From: Squalus acanthias
Taxonomy: Eukaryota
Assembly: GCA_030390025.1 (NCBI GenBank)
Contig: CM059432.1
Coordinates: 22,012,001-22,076,000 of the forward strand
Length of the DNA: 64,000 bases
Direction of reading: 5' to 3'
Shown: in pieces, positions 57,621-64,000 of the stretch
How positions within the stretch are numbered: position 1 is the first letter of the stretch
Layout: each line of letters begins with the position of its first letter
The notes under the pieces: model-generated
Database searches by the model: none
What the model was told of the DNA's origin: nothing
Seen by the model: only the letters and a program-made list of their open reading frames with translations
Program-made: the position numbers and the translations under genes

Positions 57621-60600
57621 ACAGGGGGATGTGAGGAAAAACTTTTTTATGCAGCGAGTGGTGAGGACCTGGAACTCACTGCCGACGAAAGTGGTGGAAG
57701 CGGACACATTCAATGTTTTCAAGGGGAGACTGGATAGGCACTTGAGGGAAATAAACTTGCAGGACTACGGGGATAGAGCAGAGGAATGGGACTGACTGGA
57801 TTGCTCTACAGAGAGCCGGCACGGATTCGATGGGCCGAATGGCCTCCTTCTGTGCCGTTATGACTCTATAACTATGTAACTAACAACACACAAGGGTAGG
57901 CACTTGAGAGGTTTAGCCAATGTCCATGTGAAGTTTCTGGTAATGTGTTGTCATACATTGAAATTCCTTTTTCAAAAAGTGCCCCTTATTGGACAGATCT
58001 GAACGCACCTTAAGAAGTGTCTTACTCAGTTCCAATGATTGTTCAGTCATAATTCCCCCCCCTGCCCCCCCCCACCCCCCGCTATAGTGATGAGTGTGCA
58101 TGGAATGGCTTGGACATTAAAGGGATGCTTCACGGTGCTGGTGTGGGATGGTATCAACCTGACGCATCATGTGGCAGCCAGGGTTCACAGCGTCAAGTGA
58201 AGAAAATCTAGGCCATGGTGATGCCATCGCTGGCCTCCCAGCCAGCAATTTTGTCAGGGGCTGATGCCCTGTGTCCAGTGCAGCATCAGGTGATGGCGGC
58301 GAAGGTTGGTGACGAGGTTGGTGATGTTGGTGTTGGGGCTGATCGTGGAAGGATTCAGAGGACCAAGGTCTGATTGTTTCATTGGCTCCGATGTTGCTGG
58401 AATAGATGGCAGCTGCAGGTGAGATGACAGAAGCGATCTGTCACTGGTGAGAGAGGTTCTCCCAATGAGGTGGCACTGGACATATAGTTGGATCTAAAAA
58501 CTTGTAAGCTAAAGAAATCTCTATATGTATTAAAAATGCAGTAACCAACATTTTCTGTGCTCTGAAACTCACCATCTGCAACATGGCATCCTTGACACCA
58601 CTTCTGCAGCTGTCAGCTTTTCACAACCATCAGAGCAGACTCACAACACACCAGGGTGAGCTGGCATGTTCCCCGAACAGCGGGTAACCAGTGGGGGAGA
58701 AGATAAAATTACAAGTAAGCCTCAAAATACTCTTAAATTGGCTCTTAACAAGCCATTTAAGTAGCTGAATTATCTCCCCCGCCGCATGGTGTCGGGTCAG
58801 TTCTGTGCTGACAGACCCGACACCTGGGAGACTCGTGTGGAGGCGGGTTGACAACGAGTTTCCTACCTGCTGACAATCTTTGCGATTTTGACAGCGAACC
58901 CGCCTCCAAACCCGCCCCCTCAGTGCGATTAAATTTGCGTCCATAACCTCCCAAAAATGGGTGTGTTGGGATCATGTCAGAGGTTAAAATTCAAAATATC
59001 TGAAACAGGAACTCAACCTGCCTCGAACCTGCCCACTTCCGGCTTTAATGGAGGTGGGACGAGGGGTGGGCGACCAATCGCCTTGTAGGTGGCAGGTTGT
59101 CCATTTAAATATTTTAATGAGGCTGTATGCCTTCATTTGCGCAGTGGTTCTATTTTTAACCACAGGCGGCTGGGTTTCCCAGGCCTCAGGAAACCCGGCA
59201 GGTGAAAGGAGGTGAGAAGGGAAGAATCCATGAGATAAGTGCCTTTACAGCACTGCTTGTGGGCCAGGAGGAGCAGGAGTGTTTCCGCCAGGCCCAACAA
59301 GCTACCGAGTAAACCCACCTCCTGCGATCTGTCTGTTCCCCCTCCCCACCATTGGACACCTCCAGGGCCACAATCGGATCCCCCGACCACAAGCAGACCC
59401 CCATCCACGTCCCCCCCCCAACCCCCCCCACCGACCACCATCTGCTCGCCCCGCCCATCATCGGCCTCCCCGCCACAATCTGCCCCCCACAACCCCGTGA
59501 TCGGAATCACCCTTGCGATCGGAAGTGCCCCCCGCGATCGGAACCCCCCCTACACTATCGTACCCCCCGACAATCTCTCCCATTCCCCCAACTCGACCTA
59601 CCTGCTCTCAGCCCAGCTTGGCTGCAGCCTTGTGCTCTAGGATTTCCCAGCCGACAAGCCTCAAGCCTGTCAGTCAGGCTTGCTGTAGGCAGGAAACCTA
59701 CAGAAAAAATTTACAGACCTCCGGGTTTCCCGACCTCAAAACAGCGCCCCTGCACGGAGCGCACCTCCGAGCTAAAATCCAGGCCATTCTGTTTTCTTTG
59801 CCTATTGCAAATAAATAAATGTGTTCACTCAGATACCGCAATGTCCTAAATGAATTTCTGGGGATAAACAAACAGTGCAGAATGTGTTTTTATTAAAAAC
59901 GTGAGAGCAGGAATGGAAAGAAAGAGCTAGGGGTAGAATCTGAGAATGATTCATCGCCCTATTCCTGCCGCTGCTGTGGTCATGGCAACCCTGCCTCGGG
60001 GCCGACTGCTGGAGCGCCCCTCTGAGCCCGACGCTAGGCCCATTTAAAATGCGAATCAGGTTGGCATTTTAGGAGAGCACTGGGTGGAGCACGCGCTGCA
60101 CATGTTCCATCTAGTATCAGCTGGAGGTCCAGCCGAAGAGGATACCACAGGGATGGCTGGGACCAGTAGGAATGCTCCTCCGGCTCCACAAAACCAGGTT
60201 CCCCTTCCCGATAGACTCCGCCCCACCCCACCTCCCTCCCCACCGTGTTCTAACTTCACTTGGCAACTTACAACTGAAGTTAAAACGCTCATTTTGTTAA
60301 ACGATCAAAATTAACACAAACACTTTCACCATCACAATAACACAACAACATGCTATTGAATCAATGATGAGTTCTAACATGCAGTGCTCTCTCCTGGGAG
60401 TCATTAGGGAATGGATTGATAATATTTAGGTTGCTACATAAGCAATAAAAACATCAATAGTTGAGAAAAGAACCTGCTGCCTAGATAATGTTTCCATAAT
60501 GAGAACGAACAAAAACATCTTTGGCATGTTGGAATATTAATATTTAATTTGGAATTACACTTGAATCAAGTATACATTTATTGAGAAGCCGTGTAGCTTA

Positions 60601-61569
60601 TATAATGCTGTCCTGTCACCTGTGAGATTTAAATTGGAAACCAATAGTGACAGATGAGTTGATGACTCTGACGCCTTTTAAGGGAACTAAATTAAATGAG
60701 TTTGGGTAGTTTCAATTCAGTTCCCAGTGGATATAACTCTATGAAGCAGCTAGAATTACTTGCTTTCTACTTTGGTCTGTGAAGTAAAAGCATTGTTCTC
60801 TTTTGGGAATTTATTCAGAGGTTATGTATAACTTGATTTCAATTGGAGGGAAATGTATTTTGTTTTGCAAATAGTTCTAAACGTGATTTGGTTTAGACTT
60901 ATTTTTCAAAGCTTTCAAATATTTTTCACACAATTACATGTTGAGTCTATATTGGTGGATCAATAAGAATAAATTACTGATTTGCAAGCAGTGGGTTTGA
61001 ACTAATACAGTCAGCTCACTAGTTGTTGAGATAACCACATAATGAAGTTGTCCTTATGCATTCTGGTGTTCCCCCATAACAAGAGCTCCCCGATGCATTG
61101 GGGGCACGTGTTGCATGACGGCACAGTTGCAGAGTTGGACGTGGGTTTGAGCCATCAAATCTCCATATGGAGAGCGAGGCTTCAGTCAGTTTTTTTTAAT
61201 TCATTCCTGGGATGTGGGCATTGCTGGCAAGGCCAGCATTTATTGCCCATCCCTAATTGCCCTTGAGAAGGTGGTGGTGAGCTGCCTTCTTAAACCGCTG
61301 CAGTCCGTGTGGTGAAGGTACTCCCACAGTGCTGTTAGGGAGGGAGTTCCAGGATTTTGACCCAGCGACGATGAAGGAATGGCGATATATTTCCAAATCA
61401 GGATGGCGTGTAACTTGGAGGGGAACATGCAGTTGATGGTATTCCCATGCGCCTGCTGCCCTTGTCCTTCTAGGTGGTAGAGGTCGTGGGCTTGGGAGGT
61501 GCTGCCGAATGGCCCTGGAGCAAAGTAGGCCTGAAATGGTGGGTCTCCAATAACAATCAAAAACAGAAA

Positions 61570-61985
61570 GACATGCATTTATATAGCACCTTTCATGACC
61601 TCAGGACGTCACAAAGTGCTTTACAGCCAAATACGTACTTTTTTGAAATGTAGTCATTGTTTTAATGTAGGAAACGTGACAACCAATTATACACACAACA
61701 AGGTTCCACAAACAGAAATGAGGCAATGACCAGCTAATCTGTTTTCATGTGTTGCTTGAGGGATGAATATTGGCCAGGACACCAGGGAGAATTTCCCTGC
61801 GCATCTTCAAAATATTGCCATGGATCTTTTACGTCCAGCTGATAGGACAGACAGGGCCTCAGTTTATTGTCTTAACCGAAGGACAGCACCTCCAACAATG
61901 CAGCACTCCCTCAGTGATGCACTGGAGTGTGAGCCTTGACTATGTGCTAAACTTTCTGACTCTCATGCAAGAGTGCTTCCTCTGG
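61570..61985 (-). mobile_element. SacSINE1-like SINE
   Basis: Reverse complement of the 24254/51271 family (catttatatagcacctttcatgacctcaggacgtc...ccatggatcttttacgtcc). Confidence 0.78.
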
Positions 61986-63004
61986 GTCATGGCTTATATG
62001 TTTTCCGGATGGATACTGGGGAAGTACTGGCAACAAAACAAAATCTGCTCAATTTCCTTTCCTCTTTAAAATCTGCTGCTTGTGACAATATCATAAATCC
62101 ACTTGCTCACATGACAGATTCCATGCATTGTGATTTGTCAGTTGTCATTTTACAGCACAACCTCCAGTGATGTGAGTTGCAATTCTCCATTGTTGCATAA
62201 TGTATGTAGTAAAATCCAGCATCTAGTAGATCCGTCACAGCTTAAAGTGTCACACTTGACAGTGACAAATGTGCAACATGCATATTACACTTACACCTGA
62301 TGGACACAGAAGTCCTATTTATAAAACAGCATTAAATCAAAAGTTAACTGCGAAGGACTCTACCAATTAAATAAGATCAATTATTTTCTAGTCAGTTAAA
62401 ATTCATGGCCTTAAAGGGATAGGTCAGCTTAAACACAGGTCCCCCTTAGCAGCAGACAGTTTTCCTCAAGGCAGTGCCTTTACACACAATAGGAAAAGTC
62501 TTTTAAGATGTAACCATTCCCCTCCACATTAGATGCCAAATGGTATAACACGCCTGTTATTATAAAGCAGAGGCCCAGATTTTGCTGGGGCCAGGCATCT
62601 CGCAGCATGCCCTATTAGTTAGAGTTATTCGTTCACGTTTAGGTTTTATCATTATTTGCCCCCAAAGTTGCTGGAAGTGCGAGCTGATAACGGCGCGGCG
62701 AGGGCAACAGGGCATCTGGGGCTGTCGTGAACAACAGGACCAACAGTGTATCTCCTTAACCAATTAGATTAACGAATTGAGAAAAAAATAGAGGAAGGAC
62801 TGAGAAGGAGGGTGAATTAGAGTGGGTGAATTCACTGTCAACTCAGGTACAGAAAGACAAATAAAGAGAGGAAAACAAAGATTGGATTAAGGGAGAAAGA
62901 AAAAAGAGACAGAAAGGAAAAGTAAGAAAAAAATTAAAAATTAAATATCTGACATTTTTAAAATCTCCAACAACAATTCACAACCTGAAGAAATGAGGGT
63001 CTAT

Positions 63005-63876
63005 GGCTGCGATTTTGTGATCGGTGCCGGGATGGGTGCGGGACAGCTGGTTTCTGGGTTCCGGTCCCACCCCCAGCCACCTCCGCTCCACAGACATGAT
63101 TTTCCCTTGATTGACCTTGTTAAGCTTGCCCTGCGGGCTTAACGGCCAATTAACAGGAAGCAGGTCTGATGACCTAATTTGATGATGCGTCATCTGCCGG
63201 TTTCCTTAAAGGGACCACACACAATTTTATTTTGACAGTTGATTTCTCAGTGTTTAACAGCATTGAGGTGCTGAAAACACTGACAATCACTGCACAAAGG
63301 TGAACTCTTTCACACAGGCTCGCCAATGACTCCCTCCATATGCTGGAATAGATGGCAGCTGCAGGTGAGGTGACAGAAGCGATCTGTCACTGGTGATAGA
63401 GGTTCTCCCAATGAGGTGACACTGGACGTATAGTTGGATCTAAAAACTTGTAAGCTAAAGAAATCTGAAAATGTTTTAAAAATGCAGTAACCAACATTTT
63501 CTTTGCTCTGAAACTCACCATGTGCAACATTGGATCCTTCACACCACTTCTGCAGCTGTCATCTTTCCACAAACATTACACCAGACTCACAACATGCCAC
63601 ACTTACCTGGCGTGGAGTCCGGACGTTGGGAAACCCGACCCAGAAGCAGGAAAATCCCAAAACAGGCTGAAAACTACTGACAAGTACCTGGTAATAGGCA
63701 GGTAATTGCCTTTAATCTGTTTCCCGCTGCTAGGTGTCGGATCCATTTGCAAATCGGGGACCCGACACTTGGGAAAGCTGTTTGGAGGCGGGTTGACGGC
63801 GGGTTCGGGACTCGCTGTCAATCAATAGCACTTTAACCTCTGACATGCCTCTCTGAGCGCTGGCAAAATCGCGGCC
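63005..63876. mobile_element. Harbinger-type MITE inserted in another MITE-like repeat (~62572 to window end)
   Basis: TIR ggctgcgattttg / caaaatcgcggcc with 3-bp TSD TAT on both sides. Confidence 0.8.
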
Positions 63877-64000
63877 TATGCTTTTAATTGTTCACTTTCT
63901 GGGCCAGAGAGGTTGATTGGCAGTCATTAACAATTATCACATCGTTAAAAGGGTACTTACGCTATTAATTACCAGACTTAACTTTCTGAGGCAAGTTTAA

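Larger units (their letters stand above)
54010..57875 (+). mobile_element. Near full-length CR1 LINE: tandem-repeat 5' UTR, ORF1, ORF2 with internal deletion
   Basis: ~80-bp 5' repeats at 54010-54195; ORF1 and ORF2 motifs (next two features); 3' UTR and tail at ~57790-57875. Confidence 0.92.
53510..58942. mobile_element. Non-autonomous Harbinger derivative split by a CR1; probably itself inside another MITE (~53498-59785)
   Basis: TIR gaacgcaaatttaat / attaaatttgcgtcc; 53540-53830 and 58400-58640 align to the two halves of the 63005-63876 element. Confidence 0.65.

Overview
Repeat-dense vertebrate genomic DNA, most likely from an elasmobranch (HE1-type V-SINE, SacSINE1-like Deu-SINEs, shark-type CR1/L2 LINEs, Harbinger elements). 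No host protein-coding gene can be called with confidence. The main feature is an apparently intact, very young 12.7-kb provirus (8682-21399). It has 1670-bp LTRs with only 3 differences seen, a 4-bp TSD (TGCA), and a tRNA-Arg(TCG) PBS that overlaps the likely Gag ATG. gag and pol are in one frame, separated by a single UGA-CUAG readthrough-type stop. Pol runs PR-RT-dead RNase H tether-second RNase H-IN. Env is not SU/TM-like: it looks like a paramyxo/pneumovirus F-type class I fusogen with an Ig-like domain at its N-terminus. This architecture best fits a lokiretrovirus-like lineage. The provirus is the innermost layer of a nested stack (Harbinger > CR1 > Tigger-like MITE > provirus). The rest of the window holds CR1/L2/other LINE fragments, SINEs, Harbinger elements and MITEs, Penelope-like ends with hammerhead-like cores, one candidate CpG-rich promoter and two weak candidate exons. 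Coordinates of degraded repeats are approximate.
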